From Novakomyces olei (Eukaryota), in assembly GCA_016906335.1 (NCBI GenBank), contig JADEYG010000001.1:1550001-1614000 (forward strand): DNA of 64,000 bases, read 5' to 3'. The position numbers were made by a program, and so were the translations under genes. The notes under the pieces were generated by a model that had not been told where the DNA came from, did no database searches, and worked only from the letters and a program-made list of their open reading frames with translations. Shown here piece by piece: positions 36,677 to 48,309 of this stretch; within the stretch, counting starts at the first letter, position 1; each line of letters begins with the position of its first letter.

Positions 36677-37897
36677 TTACTCATCATCCTCGTCTTCTTC
36701 GCTAGATTCTGCTTCCTCGAGCCATTTAACAAACGGTTCAGCCAACTTTCTCACCTTTTTGCTGGTTTCCTTGTCGACGTACTTTTTGCTTCGAGTCGAG
36801 GCCCATCGTGTAACAACGTCTTCACTAATCAAGTCATGCTGATAGAGTTCCAAAAGAATCTTGGGCAAAAGCTTCTGCAATTCCGGGTGCAAAACACCGA
36901 CAAATCGCTCCACACCACCGAGCAGGGCCTTTTCATGCCTCTCACCCTGGCTTATTTTGATAAGCAATGCTGAATGCTGCCCGATTTCTTTGACAATATC
37001 AGCATCAAACAGTGTTTGGACCAGGATAGTCATTGTCTTGTGCTTTGCTTCAATTCCGAGTTCTTGTGCCTTTTTGAAGATTTCAATGTCCGACACTGAC
37101 CCACGGTTCTCCTGGATCCAAGTTCCGAGCAATTCGTACGGCGAATCAGCAGCTCCATCAGCCTCTTCGTCGTCACTGTTGCCCGCTCCACCATTGGCAT
37201 CCAAGGTCAGTTTTGCGACTACACTAGACTCCAAGTCAGCCATTCGTGCTTTAGCAGCAGAGCTGGAAGTATCTAGACTCCAATCAACATTGCTATCGTC
37301 AACAGTAGCGGAAAGCCCAGCTGCCTCTTCGCGAATACGACGGGTCAATTCATCATCATCGTCCCCAGCGACGGGTGAGCTCTCCTTTGATGCATTAGCA
37401 GCACTCGATTTTTCATCTTCCTCTTCTTTGGCTCGGTGCTTGCGAGACTTTTTCTTTGGCGGATTCTTTTGGATGAAACCAATGAGCTTATGAGTCTGTT
37501 CCAAATCATAATGCACTCCACATGCTTTGCAGTCTGCGGAAATGCGTCCGTCTTTAGCCAGAATCAAGTCAGTCTCGGGATTCTTGCAGGAGCGGCAGAG
37601 AACAAATTTCTTGATAAATACGTCAAGCAGATCCTGGAGCTTATTGGCATCATGAGCACCATTAACGATGTACCGCTCGGTGGGTGCGTCATACTTTGTC
37701 TGTGCTCCCAACTCAAACCCAAAAAATTTCATTACGTAAAGCGGATCTCGGCTAAGAGCCTTTCCGATTTCCGCCAGGTTGGGAATAACGGTTTTAATAC
37801 CGTTTCCTTTTCCCTCAATTTTAGACTGGAGCCGGGGCATCTTGTAGCGGTAAAATGTGTCCTGCACATCGCGACGAATGTTAATCACCTGTGCCAT
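36677..37897 (-). CDS. TIF5: Translation initiation factor eIF5
   Basis: DTFYRYKMP, KIEGKGNGIKT, KFFGFELGAQ, C-x2-C...C-x2-C zinc site, C-terminal W2 domain with FVKWLEEAE. Confidence 0.98.
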   Translation of the reverse strand: MAQVINIRRDVQDTFYRYKMPRLQSKIEGKGNGIKTVIPNLAEIGKALSRDPLYVMKFFGFELGAQTKYDAPTERYIVNGAHDANKLQDLLDVFIKKFVLCRSCKNPETDLILAKDGRISADCKACGVHYDLEQTHKLIGFIQKNPPKKKSRKHRAKEEEDEKSSAANASKESSPVAGDDDDELTRRIREEAAGLSATVDDSNVDWSLDTSSSAAKARMADLESSVVAKLTLDANGGAGNSDDEEADGAADSPYELLGTWIQENRGSVSDIEIFKKAQELGIEAKHKTMTILVQTLFDADIVKEIGQHSALLIKISQGERHEKALLGGVERFVGVLHPELQKLLPKILLELYQHDLISEDVVTRWASTRSKKYVDKETSKKVRKLAEPFVKWLEEAESSEEDEDDE

Positions 37898-37992
37898 AGT
37901 GACGCGAAAAAGTAGGGGTTGTCTCGTATAGATTCACGATGGATACTCGTCTCCGTAATAGACTCTTGTGGCCGTCGCGAACACGAACTCAT
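37885..37992 (-). promoter_or_regulatory. Poor-context uORF (35 codons) overlapping the eIF5 start out of frame
   Basis: TTG-ATG-A at 37992 reads open to TGA at 37887-37885, passing the main ACT-ATG-G at 37897. Confidence 0.7.
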
Positions 37993-38699
37993 CAAAATTT
38001 CGACGCTCGCACCACACACAAACACACACAAACACACACTCTATAATGAGCGCGCGCGTTTTCACAGATATTCGCAGCCTTTTAGTCACTCAACTTTTCA
38101 AACTTGACGATTTTGAGGTTGCGAGCTCTTCTCTGAGAGTCTCGTTGACTGATCGTTGGAAATAAAATGGCCTTTGTTTCCGGATTTATCCAAAAATACT
38201 TTTTCTTCCTTTTACCCTTTCTTTTTTTCCCTTCTTTAATTTTCCAAGTTTTTTTGTTTCCTTTTTTTCTTATTTTTCCTTGCTTTGTTCTATGCTTTAT
38301 TTTATTATATTTTATTGTATTATATTATATTTATTTATTTTTTCTTCAATAAGAACCGCTAATATTAAACTCTATCCAGATTCTTTTGGATTTCCGTCCA
38401 TCGGCGACGTGGACATGCAAGATTACTTGAGATCAGATTAGATTAGATTATTTTTATTCAGAGACCAAGAAATCGAAATCAAGAAATTAATGGTTTACCA
38501 TATTATTCCAACTATACGAGCGATGGAAGCTTATTTTTTTTTTGTACGAGATAATAATGTATATAGAGAAAAAAATAAAAATAAATAAATAATATTTATA
38601 TGACTATGCACACTAAACCACAGCCATACCATGACAACAGGCGAAAAATGGTATGACGGCACTGCCAGAGTGATCCGTTGCCTTTTGAAGCAGCTCAGA

Positions 38700-39482
38700 C
38701 TAGTCATTTTGTAGGAGTAACAAATTTGTCAACTCTGCTTGTGTCTGTTTCGCAGCGCTACATTTCACAACCCTTACGTCCGTAGGAAAAGGCAGATTGT
38801 TAATGTCCAGGCTACCATGAGCACCGTCACTAGGCAATGCTAGCCATTCAGCCGTATCCCTCTCCTCTGTACTTGCCTCGTTGTCACTGGAGGATATAAC
38901 GCTACCAAGCTTTTGCCTCCGTTTGACGAGCTGTGCCAATTCTTCTTGAAGCCTGGCGGCCACCTGGGCCGCTGGCAATGCTGTAAATAGTTCGCTCTTG
39001 TTTGCTACAATTGCCAGCTCTGGCACTTTTTCCCGGTAAGCAAAACAAAGTGCGTTGTAGAACCGTTCAGTGACATGATCAATCTGCCGATGAAACATGC
39101 TCGCGTCAACTACAAAAATGATACGCTTAATGGCGGCGTTTCGCTTTAGAATACGCTGCCGGCTCATCGCATCGTCCATTAAATAAGTCAATTTTCCGTG
39201 TCCCGGCATATCCACCAAGCGCACTAGCTTTCCATTGCCCACCTTGACTGGCGCAGTATTAGGAGACATGCTGGTGAACGCGCCCGCACAGTGTCCGTAC
39301 CGTAACACTGCGAAAAGAGTAGTCTTGCCCGAATCCCTCGCACCCAAAAGCATTATAGTATTTTCGGCTCCCATTGCAGTGTCGAAACCAAACTGCCGCC
39401 GCCGCCGAAGAAGCTGTATCAAAGCAAACAGTACTGTCACAACCAAGACGGCTACCGCCACCGCCATTTGCGAGACAGCCAT
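38700..39482 (-). CDS. SRP102: Signal recognition particle receptor beta subunit
   Basis: N-terminal TM helix, P-loop GARDSGKT, DMPGH, IIFVVDA, ANKSELFTA. Confidence 0.9.
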   Translation of the reverse strand: MAVSQMAVAVAVLVVTVLFALIQLLRRRRQFGFDTAMGAENTIMLLGARDSGKTTLFAVLRYGHCAGAFTSMSPNTAPVKVGNGKLVRLVDMPGHGKLTYLMDDAMSRQRILKRNAAIKRIIFVVDASMFHRQIDHVTERFYNALCFAYREKVPELAIVANKSELFTALPAAQVAARLQEELAQLVKRRQKLGSVISSSDNEASTEERDTAEWLALPSDGAHGSLDINNLPFPTDVRVVKCSAAKQTQAELTNLLLLQND

Positions 39483-39706
39483 GCCGACGAGTCGGTACGA
39501 TACGATTGCCTTTAACCGTGAATTAATAAATAAATTAAATTAAATTGACAATAGGAAATTATAATATAATTGGTATGATAGTATAATATAATAGCATATT
39601 ATAATAGCATATTTATAATGGTTTAATAGGATAAAAGAATTGCTGTACGTATAGATTTTTTATCTATACAATAATTAGTTGATTAGTATATATCGTCATT
39701 CAAACA

Positions 39707-40754
39707 ATGGGTGACGGCGGCGCAACGGTGTCACAAGTACGCCTAAAGCGAAAGCGCACAGAGGATCCGTTGGCTGTTTTATGTGAGATCTCGTCTAATA
39801 CCAAATGCCAACGACAAAGATTTAGGATTACCACAGCGCCAAGATGGAGCAAAGCGTGCGCGCGCAGATTATTGTAATGCACAAAGCCACTGTTTAATTA
39901 TGCTAAACTTTTAGACTTCCGATTACGGGACCAAGAAGACGAGAAGCAGCGGGCACAAACCGAAACTCAGACTCAAAGGCAATTTAAAAGACCAACAATA
40001 GCACGGAAACGGATATTGGATGAGAATGGGATTCCAATTGTGCAAACCGTTGCTCCATCAAATTGTCGGGCGCCGGACAAGACGTTATCGTCTCCAAGCG
40101 TTGCATACCATATTCACCGTAGTGTGGAGGACGGTCACGTTGTCTATGACGTTCAAGCCCACGAAGAGTATGATTTTTGCTCTTTTATTTGCTTCATTTG
40201 TCTATTTGATTTTGATGTAGTTTGATTCTGATATAATTCTGCTGAATTTATTTATTCTGTTTCGGATGACTAATTACAGGCCGACAGATATAAAACCGCT
40301 CAACGAGCTTTTGAATGAATATTTATCATGTATGCAGATTTATGCAACTAGCTAATAACAAGTCGATACCAGATTAGTCCGGAGTAGTGACGACGATGAA
40401 TGGGTTTATGATATTTACGACGCGTCGCCTTTAGAAGATCCACAGTTGCAATCTGCATTGCGTGCGGGATTCATTGATACTAGCACTCTTCCAGCAGATT
40501 TTCCGCTGCACCTTACTGAGGAATTGGTGGCTGACACGGAAGAAAACGAATCAGATCAAGACGGTGAAGATGACGCTGATTCCAATCGGGAAAGCAACCC
40601 GGGGAATGAGTATCCCGACGAAGACGATGAGCAAGACGATGAGAGTAACTTTGAGGACGGATCGAGTGAAGATTCCGATGCCTGGAGTGATTATGTAAAC
40701 CACGGTATTCGGTATGCGAGAATGGATGAAGGCACTTTGCTTTATGAATCTTAA
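39707..40754 (+). CDS. IWR1: RNA polymerase II nuclear import factor Iwr1 (multi-exon; first introns 39783-39819 and 39874-39914)
   Basis: N-terminal VRLKRKRTEDPLAVL, DDEWVYDIY and the acidic DSNRESNPGNEYPDE motif. Confidence 0.82.
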
Positions 40755-41021
40755 GGTTTGCTCATACCCGAAATTGCTATTTATAGCTTCTTGTAGACTT
40801 GCATTATGATATCTCATGTTTTTTTTTCGACAGATTTGTACAGCATGTAATATATATTAACAAACATTGAGCAATGACAAGCATGGCCCCCGTGGTAAAC
40901 AGAACATTAAAAAGAACCCCAATCTTAAACGCGATATTCCGAATAAACAAAATGCAGAAACCCTGAATCTCGTGCGGCCAGCTTTCAATTCTTTCCACAA
41001 ACCATTAGAAATTTGGCATCT

Positions 41022-41349
41022 TTAAGGCTGATCTTCATGAGGCGAGTTTGTATCATCTAAATCCTGTTGTGCGCCCCGATCGTGTCCCGCATCCTCACCA
41101 AGAACGCGACTGGCTCCCATAAAGCTTGAATGATTAGTGGCTGTAAGAATAAAATTATGATAACGCGTACAGACCAGCCTGCAGTCCGCCTAGAACTCGC
41201 GTTGCTTCTGCCTGAATACTAGCGGTATGCAACAGATTTTCGAGGTCCGATAAATTTGCTTGCAATTGTGCAATTTGCGAATGAAGATGAGACGCATAAC
41301 GGGCTTTCACTTGGGCCGGTGCCGTTGAGGGACGCCGACCGTGTTCCAT
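41022..41349 (-). CDS. HSK3: DASH/Dam1 complex subunit Hsk3 (exons 41349-41171, 41124-41022)
   Basis: KARYASHLHSQIAQLQANLSDLENLL..ASIQAE...LG...GL|FMGASRVL. Intron GTACGC...CTAAT...AAG keeps the frame. Confidence 0.88.
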
Positions 41350-41369
41350 GCTGGTAGCGCGATCTGACA

Positions 41370-41628
<259 letters not shown>

Positions 41629-41721
41629 CGCGAGCTTAATTGTATCAATTGCCCTATATTAAAGGCAGATGATAATCGACATTATGCCAGTACCGTCACT
41701 GTAGCAATTGACAAATGAAGG

Positions 41722-44290
41722 ATGGCGGATGCGCTTACACTCGATCACGATGCGTCTGTTGAGCCAGACGACGATGGACAAAGAAGTGCAACCAAAGATG
41801 CTGATGAAGTTTCGATGAATGGATTGGACGAAGGAGGAGGCGATGGTGATGAGAAAGACAAATCGCCAGCAAAGAAGCCCAAGATTGAGTTGGTCTCCAA
41901 CAATGTCTTTACACGGTTCAATTTGGCCTCGCAGTTGAATCAGAAAAACTATTATACTGAATATATGAAGAAGGATGATCAGGTAAGTGGCAATTTCATA
42001 ATGAAATAGTATGCTAACTGTGGTGAAGAACACGATCCTGCGAAATATCGATCGCGAAGTGCGTATGCGCAACGAGTCAATCAAAACCGCTTCTAAAGAG
42101 AAGGAAGCTGCCAAGCAGGCTCGTGTACAAGTCCAAAATGCCACGGCCAATGCAAACAATACTACTGCCTCAACGAATGCAAAGAAAAAGGATGAAAATG
42201 AGGAAGAAGAAGAAGAAGAGGACGAGGATAAAATTGAAAGTGAAAAAATCGGTGCTCGAGCACTGATAATACATCTTGGCTCAAAAAATCTGCGTGTTGG
42301 CAAAGCACTTGATTTCACACCGAAAACAATACCCGCTGTAATAGCACGAAGGTCACGGGAAACGGATCCTTTACTATTACCTGCGAGGGTTAAACCCGAC
42401 GCAAAACCTGGCCCGGGCGTGTTTGGTGAAGCTTTTGAAGAAAATCTTCAAGTCTTGGATGAAGAGCTTAAACGACGAATGCGGGCGAGTAAAATGAGAA
42501 TGATGCCAAACGCCTTTGAGGCAGTTCAGCAATATAATTTGCAGCAAAGGCCAGAGCTGATATCCGAGCACGATGACCCTGACCACGTCGATTGGACAGA
42601 TTTAGGTCAGTCTTCGTCCGGCCCGCAACAGGAGATTATTGGACAAGGCGCTTTAGCCATACCAGCGGACTCCCGGCCTCATTATTCGCTTTTCCGCCCT
42701 CTTAAAGACGGGCGGCTAAATGAGGATGACTATAATTCACCGGTTGAAGTACTGGGAGACATTTCCAAAATCTTGAAACACGCTTTAATCCACGAACTGG
42801 GAATTGCCTCAAGAGACTTTGCTCAGTACTCTGCCGTCTTTATAATCCCCGACTTGTTTGATAAAGCACAGATACTCAGCCTGATTGAAACCCTGTTTTA
42901 CGACATTGGACTCTTGAGACTCACACTGCTACAGGAATCCTTTTGCGCTACTTTTGGCGCTGGCATTAGCTCGGCCGTTGTGGTCGATGTTGGAGCCCAG
43001 AAAACCTCGATTTCCTGTGTGGAAGAAGGTATTGTCCTGCCTGATTCAAGGATTAATCTGAAATACGGTGGTGACGATGTCACCTGGCTCCTGTCAAAAC
43101 TGCTACTTCGTTCAGGGCTACCTTACCCTACCCTCAACTTGGCAAACGGGTACGAGGCAGCAGTAATGGACGATTTGAAACAGCGTCTTTGCTCAACTAG
43201 TGAAAGCGATTGCGTAGTACGGCTGGAGCACGTGTACTTTAGGCATCCAGAACGTAAAACCCAAAAGCTCGAGTTTAAAGTATATGACGAGCATATCCTG
43301 TCAGCGATGGCCTACTTTTACCCTCAGGTATTTGAAAGGTGGACAAAACAGCGACGGCCGCACAGGCTTTTTACTCCAACACGAGACATCTACGAGTATA
43401 CTCTAAACAATCCTGAATCGGCTGCTCAAAATGTGCTTCTTGATGCCACTACGTCAGAGTATGAAACGTCGGCAAACACAACGACACACTTGGCGATAGC
43501 AAACGGCAAATCTGCCAATGGTGAACAGAGAGAACACGAAAAAGGCGAACAAATTTTGGACAATAATACAGCAAACGCTGATATGGAAATGCCCGATGCG
43601 GAAGAGGCAAGAGCTGGTTCGGAAGAGCAATTAGAGGAGGAAGAAGAAAGTATAGTCGATGAGCCAAGCAAACCCAATTTCAGCCAGAGTGCTACACCTC
43701 AAATTGCAGGCGGAGAAGAGGCCGGTTCGCCTCCGCAAGATAGCAATGAAGACAGTACAGCAACGCCAGCAATGAAAAAGGCTTCTGAGGCCAGAAGGCA
43801 GACTATTGCCGCTAGAAATGCTGCAGCAGCCGCGGCAGCAGCGGCAGAAGCAGCGGCAGCTGTTAGTGCTGCTGAAGAAGAAGAGCGTCTGAAGGAAAAA
43901 GAGGTTGGTCCTTTGCTGCATCCTCTCCTGTGGCCATTAGACGATGCAATTAATCAAAGTATTTATACTGCCGCAGAAGGTGATTTGACTAGCGACAGGG
44001 CAAGGGCACTGTACCAGTCAATCTTGATTGTTGGTGGAGGAGCAAATTATAAGGGATTTGCTTCATTGTTGGAAGAACGATTGCGTGAAAAACGTGCGGG
44101 CATAGCACATATTGAAGTTATAGTAGCCCCACGTAGTATGGATCCACAGCAGCTTTGCTGGAAGGGAGCAGGCGTGTTTTCGCGTATTCGCGTTGCCGAC
44201 GAGTTTTGGATCGAGCGCAGCGAATGGGACACGTTTGGCAGCAGAGCTATGCAGTACAAAAATCTAGGTCTTTTCTGGGATTTAGTCTAG
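41722..44290 (+). CDS. ARP8: INO80 complex actin-related protein Arp8 (intron 41983-42028)
   Basis: NQKNYYTEYMKKDDQ, IIHLGSKNLRVG, QESFCATFGAG, VVDVGAQKTSISCVEEG, YGGDDVT, MDPQQLCWKG. Confidence 0.95.
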
Positions 44291-44564
44291 CTTGCAAAAT
44301 ACAATCGTAAAGTTAATTAATAGGATATAGTTAACCCTAACTAACCCTAACCATTATCTTTATTCGGCACATAAATACTTCCAATACTGCTTACTATTAC
44401 CATACATCAAGTATTAAATTTGAAAGAAGGGACAATGGCCCGCAGCGCTTAATCATTCGACGAATGTGCAGTGCAAAAGCTGACAGAAAAACTTAAATAT
44501 ATAGTCATTATTATGATTGTCTCTTATAATGTCGCCATTTATGGTCCAATCAAATCGGTACGCA

Positions 44565-44635
44565 GGCCAGATAGTTTAGAGGTATAATACTTGCTTTGGG
44601 TGCATGAGACCCGGGTTCGATTCCCGGTCTGGCCC
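44565..44635 (+). tRNA. tRNA-Pro(TGG), intronless
   Basis: Acceptor GGCCAGA/TCTGGCC, anticodon loop TT-TGG-GT, T-arm CCGGG-TTCGATT-CCCGG and a downstream T6. One T:T mismatch in the anticodon stem. Confidence 0.9.
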
Positions 44636-45292
44636 TATGCCTCCCCGATTTGCTTTTTTGTATTAATTATTTCATTAATATTTGAGTAGTCCATTATTTT
44701 AAATTTTTCTTTTCCAAAGTTTTTGCAGGCGTAATAAAGTTGATCTGTTCGGCCTAACGTAAGCTAAAAAGACAATGCTGTGTCTGCAAGTGCTTGATAT
44801 GTGGGGCTTTGCGTAAAATAAGTCGAGGTACAATTATTCGAGCGGGCGGTATTTTATATATATTAAGGCCAAGTACGTATAGCGTGCAATGGGCAATTGG
44901 CAAATGGATCTTCGGTATATGTACATTAATAATAGCAGTAGTATTTCATTTTCTAATAGCATAATAAACGTTCCGTTAGGAACGAAATTTGCCAGTCTTG
45001 TCACACGGGCATTATTCACGACCATTTATGAATGTATAATTTCCCAAATTTCGTTCTTTTTTCTCGTTCTTTAATTGCTTTCTTCGTTATTTGCTTATAC
45101 ACTTTTGTTTTAAATTGTTTGATTTTATTTTCATTTCTGAATCACTCTTCAATCCTACGGATAACGTTCCCCGGAAAAACAAGCTGCTCCAAGGCACAAA
45201 TAGTTCAGAAATATGTCCGGCAGCCAGACTGGCAAAATGTATAATGCAGGGGCAAATTGCAAGATGAAACAATTCTAGCCAACGGGAATCTA

Positions 45293-47473
45293 CTACCCCA
45301 CCTTTGAGAGCCGATGTTCAAGCTCGTGAATCCGTTCTCTAAGAAAAGCATTCTCATTGCTTAATTGATCCATGCGACGAGCCATCTCGGTATTTCCAAA
45401 CTGCAGGACATCATCGTTCCCAATGACGGACCGCCAAATATCACTCTCAAAAATCACGGGCACAGTGGGCCTCTTATGTGGGTTTTGCGCGGTCATCCAT
45501 AGAATGAGAGCAGCTTCTTTACCATTGCGAACAATAAAATCTTCCGGGATTATGCCTCGACGAAGATTGTAAAGCGCAACTGCACGCTCCATACCCGTTT
45601 TAAAAGGATTCAGAAGCTCAAAGTAAATCACACCCAATGCGTAAATGTCGCCCTTTGGTGAAGGCCGGCCAATTTTAGGCAAAGGAGGTATCCGCCTCCT
45701 GCTATGACCAGGCAAGTTTTGCCTGTCTACTTCGTTATGATCCGATTGTTCAGGTGGGACGTAGGCTACTGTGCCACCGTAGATCACATCTTCCTCATCG
45801 ATATCACTCACAAGGCCAAAGTCCCCAATTTTAGGCAGCACTGTCCCCATATCAGCATCGTTAAGAGCGATACCTCCAGAGGCTGTTTGGGCAAGGAAAA
45901 TGTTTCGAGGCTTCAAGTCTCTGTGAACGAGATGGACTTCCTCGTGGATGTACCGTGCGCCTTCCAGAATTCTTGCAAACAAACGATTACACCTCCTTGC
46001 CGTCTCGTGTGAAAGGGGCAAGCAAGGCCGTCTGCGCAAGTAGTGGTACAGTGTCGTTGGACACAAATGCATTTGAATAAAGAGAATCATTCGTGGAAGG
46101 TGAGAGTGCAATACTTTGCTTGTCACCATCGAAAAGGCTTCATGTTTTGGACGGTAGAGGGACGATCTCCTTCCGCAGTCTTCCCCTTCCCCTCCATCTT
46201 CCTTTGCAGCGTCCAGGGACTCGGAGGCAGAGCAATCAATCTCCTCTGTAGCGTGTTCAAACGTCACATAATCGCCGATAGAGTCTACTGCAATAGAAGG
46301 GACACTGAGATCGGCGCCATCCGCTGCAATGCCCTCTTCCACTTCCTCTTCCACTTCCACTTCTTCCTCCTCCTCCTCAAACACTAGTTGTGACGCACTT
46401 GCCTCCCGGACCATAGACCCAAGATTAGTTGCACCAGCAGCAACGGCAGAACGCCTATCCGAGGAGGCAGATCTGCTCGAGTAACGACGTTTCCGATCCA
46501 CAAAGTCGGCCTCGCTGCAGGGCTCAAGCCAGCTGGAGAAGTAGCGAATCACGTTTGGATGGTCCAGGTGAGCAAGGCATTCTATTTCACGGAAAATACG
46601 GGTCGAATTGACCCTTGAGGGATCAAGATGAATTTTTTTGACCGCGTATTCGGAATTATCTACAACGTTACGTGCCTGGTAAACTGCACCGAACCCTCCA
46701 CGGCCCAGCAGCCCCAGCTCAACGAAATCAGCACGGTACCGTGATTCCTCGTAGCTGAGCCATCGCTTGAGCCGTGAGCCCACTGCCATCTGTGGCGACT
46801 CGGGCGTCTCTGATGCACCCGAGTCGGCATTCCCCGACGAGTCAAATTCGCTAGAGTCCTCAGCATTGTCCTGCACCGACTCGAGAGGCCTTACAGTGTC
46901 GCTCCAGGGCAGTTGCAAAGTATCCAGTGTCGCATGAGCCTCACGCAGCAGTTGCTTAAAGGCACGTGCGTACTGAGCGCGTAAAGGCTTTACGCTGTCA
47001 AGTGCCTCCTGGTCCAGCAGCCGCATACTCTGCAATGTACCACAGATAAGACGGAAGAGCCGTGCGGAACGGTGCGGGTCTTCCTGGTACAGCTCGCAAA
47101 AGCTCTCCAGCAGAGCAGCTAAAAGCATACGACTGTGGCTGTGTTCCACAGGCTGAGAGGGCAATAGTCCAGTATTCGCCCTAAACTGACCGTCTTGAGC
47201 TCCGGAATCGCGTACGCTTTCATTGGCCCTTTCAGGTGCAGAATCCAGCTGTTTGCTTGCACCACTATCGGCCTCAGTCGCTGGTACAATAGTACAGTCA
47301 GTCTCCAACCCGGACACACTGCCACGAGGCACTTGTGGCACTTGTGGCACTTGTGGCCCTGCCAAACCCGAGATCCGTTCTGCCGCAATACTCACTGTCG
47401 ACGCGGGCGACGACAGACCTGATTCAATGCTCAGTAACGTTTGCTCTTCCGCTGCTTCTACAGAGGAAATCAT
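45293..47473 (-). CDS. HRI-type eIF2alpha kinase (5' end uncertain)
   Basis: HRI-like N-terminal helices (LLAALLESFC...LFRLICGTL), SRYRADF..LG.LGRGGFG, YAVKKI, an acidic kinase insert, LFIQM, HRDLKPRN, KIGDFG, PFKTGMER and a C-terminal coiled coil. Confidence 0.88.
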   Translation of the reverse strand: MISSVEAAEEQTLLSIESGLSSPASTVSIAAERISGLAGPQVPQVPQVPRGSVSGLETDCTIVPATEADSGASKQLDSAPERANESVRDSGAQDGQFRANTGLLPSQPVEHSHSRMLLAALLESFCELYQEDPHRSARLFRLICGTLQSMRLLDQEALDSVKPLRAQYARAFKQLLREAHATLDTLQLPWSDTVRPLESVQDNAEDSSEFDSSGNADSGASETPESPQMAVGSRLKRWLSYEESRYRADFVELGLLGRGGFGAVYQARNVVDNSEYAVKKIHLDPSRVNSTRIFREIECLAHLDHPNVIRYFSSWLEPCSEADFVDRKRRYSSRSASSDRRSAVAAGATNLGSMVREASASQLVFEEEEEEVEVEEEVEEGIAADGADLSVPSIAVDSIGDYVTFEHATEEIDCSASESLDAAKEDGGEGEDCGRRSSLYRPKHEAFSMVTSKVLHSHLPRMILFIQMHLCPTTLYHYLRRRPCLPLSHETARRCNRLFARILEGARYIHEEVHLVHRDLKPRNIFLAQTASGGIALNDADMGTVLPKIGDFGLVSDIDEEDVIYGGTVAYVPPEQSDHNEVDRQNLPGHSRRRIPPLPKIGRPSPKGDIYALGVIYFELLNPFKTGMERAVALYNLRRGIIPEDFIVRNGKEAALILWMTAQNPHKRPTVPVIFESDIWRSVIGNDDVLQFGNTEMARRMDQLSNENAFLRERIHELEHRLSKVG

Positions 47474-48309
47474 TGCCAATCAAATAGCACTACATCGATC
47501 TCTCAATGGCTCAATTGCGTCAGTTTCCGGCTCGGGCCTTTCACTGACAAGACCAATGCTGCGTGTTACATGTCCCCTCTCGGCTCAGCCGATTCCGAAC
47601 CATCTCGGCGGTCTCTAAGGCCTTGCGTCATCGTCAGCTTATATACGTGTCTAACCCGACAGGCCCTGTTACTTTAGGATTTTGCCAGTCACTTGTCACT
47701 TTTATGTTACTATACAAACATGCGGTGTTGTCATTTTAGCGTTTAAAGTTATATATGTCCAGTTGTATGTTTAGTTGTATGTTTAGTTGGATACGTTCTG
47801 TTAGAAATGCTTAGTTAGATATGAGTGTAGCAACGTTCAAGGTACATTTAATCCGAGAGCGATGACACATCAAATACAGTAAAACCCGGCATACGTACAG
47901 ATTCTCGACGATTCACGACGAGTGTGTATAATCCAAATCAGGGCGGCCTACGTTGGATTACTCGTTACATTGGGACACTCGGTACATTGGTACACTCGTT
48001 CCATTGATTTGCACGTGCAAACGAATAAACCCTAATAATGCTGTATCAGTTACTATAATAGTAGAGCGGCACAGTGTTTACTTAGTATTGGACGATAAAC
48101 GATGCAGTCATAACATTAGAGGAAAACCATTAGAGTGGAACAAACACGCAGCAAAAGGTACACAGCCGACGCCCGAATACACAGCTGATCAGCTCACTTT
48201 TTACTGGCAAATTGACTGAATCAGCGTCTGCAGAGTTGGTAGCCTTGTGTGGCGGTCACGTTGCATCAGCACATTGGCCTTGTGACCCGCGCCTTGCAAA
48301 GCCGCAAGA

